A stretch of DNA of 64,000 nucleotides from Camelus dromedarius (Eukaryota), in assembly GCF_036321535.1 (NCBI RefSeq), contig NC_087437.1, positions 75,890,001 to 75,954,000 on the forward strand, read 5' to 3'. How positions within the stretch are numbered: position 1 is the first letter of the stretch; each line of letters starts with the position of its first letter. Below are positions 62,510 through 64,000 of this stretch, in pieces. The notes under the pieces are model-generated. The model saw only the letters and a program-made list of their open reading frames with translations. It was not told where the DNA came from and did no database searches. Made by a program: the position numbers and the translations under genes.

Positions 62510-62835
62510 TGCTATGGATGCGAGGTTTGTATCCCCCAAAAATTCTTATGTTGAAATCTAATCCCAATGTGATAGTTTCAGGAGGTGGGACCTTTGGGAG
62601 GTGACTTGGCTGAGTGCCCTTATAAAAGAGGCCCCAGAGACCTCCCTGGCCCCTTCCACCCTATGTGGTTACAGGAGATGGATGAATGTCTATGAAGCAG
62701 GGAGCAGGTCCTCTCCAGACACCGAATCTGCCAGCACCTTGATCTTGGACTTCCCAGTCTTCAGAATGGAGAGAAGTAAATGTTGTTCAAGCCAGCCAGT
62801 CCATGGTATTTTGTTAGATCAGCCCACACTGACTC
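62510..62835 (+). mobile_element. MLT1A/MST-type MaLR LTR
   Basis: 'tgctatgg...gtttgtatcccccaaaattcttatgttgaaatctaatcccaatgtgata...ggaggtgggacctttgggaggtga...gccagcaccttgatcttggacttccca'. Confidence 0.9.
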
Positions 62836-62847
62836 TGCTAACCGACT

Positions 62848-63015
62848 CATTTCATCCTCACCAATAAGGTGGGAGTTAATTTTTCAGATAAGGAAACTGA
62901 GGCACAAAGACATTAAATAATTTGTAAAAGGTTACAGAGCTAACAAGTGGCAGAGCTGGGATTTGAACCCAGGCACGGTGCCTTCAGAGACCTTGGACTT
63001 AACTACCACGCTGTA
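62848..63015 (-). mobile_element. MIR SINE
   Basis: 'tttcagataaggaaactgaggcacaaagacattaaataatttg..aaggttacagagctaacaagtggcagagctgggatttgaacccagg'. Confidence 0.9.
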
Positions 63016-64000
63016 GTGAAGGCAGCGATCAGGCACTTAAAAAATAATTTCCTTCTTATTAAGTAGAACTCATGTCCTGCCTAAATGATAAACCCGATGG
63101 CCATGTGTCCTCTGACAGGTCCTCAGCCGCTCTGATTGGGGGTGTGACTGGCAAGGAGAAAGTTGTATCTATCTGAGACCAGGAGGGGTGGGTGCAGCAC
63201 TGGGCATAGCAGCAGGTTTGCCAGTATTGAAGGACTTTCTCGGTTTAACTATTTTCCCAAACATGCCATTCAGGCTAATCGGAAATCAACATAATTATTT
63301 TACACCCAGTGCCTCCACATTTATCATGGTTTGCTCAAGGGACACAAGCTCATCATTTATTGTGATTTCAGCTACGGCGCCTCCATTTGTCCTTGTACAA
63401 GTCAGGGGAAGTGGGGTGGGGGGCAATCCAGAGAGAGGAAAGATCTGGGGAGCACTCAGCTAGGAAGGGGAAAGCTGTTTCATCCTGGAAACTCTTGTAC
63501 TAGTTCCCAAAACCCAGAGCTGTCACCATGGGTCCAAGTCACTCCAGGGTCAGGCAGCCCCCATGAGCATTTGTGGCTGTGGGTGCAGATCCTCACAAGC
63601 ACAAAGCATGTGTACATAATGAGAAGTGCATTGACAAAAGCTAGTTTTATAACAATTCTGAAACGTTACAAGATGATGTCGTCAGTAGGGTCTTAAATCA
63701 AGCCTCATGGGCAATTCCAATCAGTAGATGCTTTTTTTTTTCTTCTTTTTGAGACTTTGGAAGCTGCCATCAATCTGCTGGGGTGAGAACAATTGAGAAC
63801 ACCTTGTTTCCATTTCTGTTTCACCTTTAGAATACAAACCAATCTAAACTGGCATATCACTTGCCAATTTGGACATTGCTTTTAGGCAGTCAGCAATATT
63901 TGAGGGCAGCAACACCCATCTTACTGAAGCTGCCTTCGCCTGCCTCCGGTTCACTTAGTGGTTCTCCCACCGACATGTTCCGGCCATTGTCCCAGTCCCC

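Overview
Mammalian non-coding genomic DNA, most likely camelid (alpaca/llama/camel): it carries a tRNA-Ala-like Vic-1-type SINE and young cetartiodactyl/camelid-type L1 3' ends. I find no supportable protein-coding gene. The listed ORFs are short and unrecognisable, and many lie in repeats. The window is a mosaic of old interspersed repeats (MIR, L2, a long CR1/L3 relic, L1M, MLT1, MER21, MER3, MER5) with a dense cluster of ERV1 solo LTRs at about 28.6-38.6 kb. Repeat-poor blocks that look like developmental enhancers lie between them, but this is unverified without alignments. The most notable sequence-level observations are: (1) a U6 snRNA/L1 chimeric retrocopy whose U6 part is decayed in its 5' half and perfect in its 3' half; (2) a 137-bp orphan retroposed RNA 3' end with a perfect 17-18-bp target-site duplication (TSD) at a canonical L1 endonuclease site; (3) a composite locally templated insertion made of copies of an upstream and a downstream segment joined by (AAT)n; (4) nested, co-oriented LTR pile-ups. 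I see no evidence of a new multi-gene system. Repeat family names are recalled from consensus sequences, not from a database search, and most repeat boundaries are approximate.
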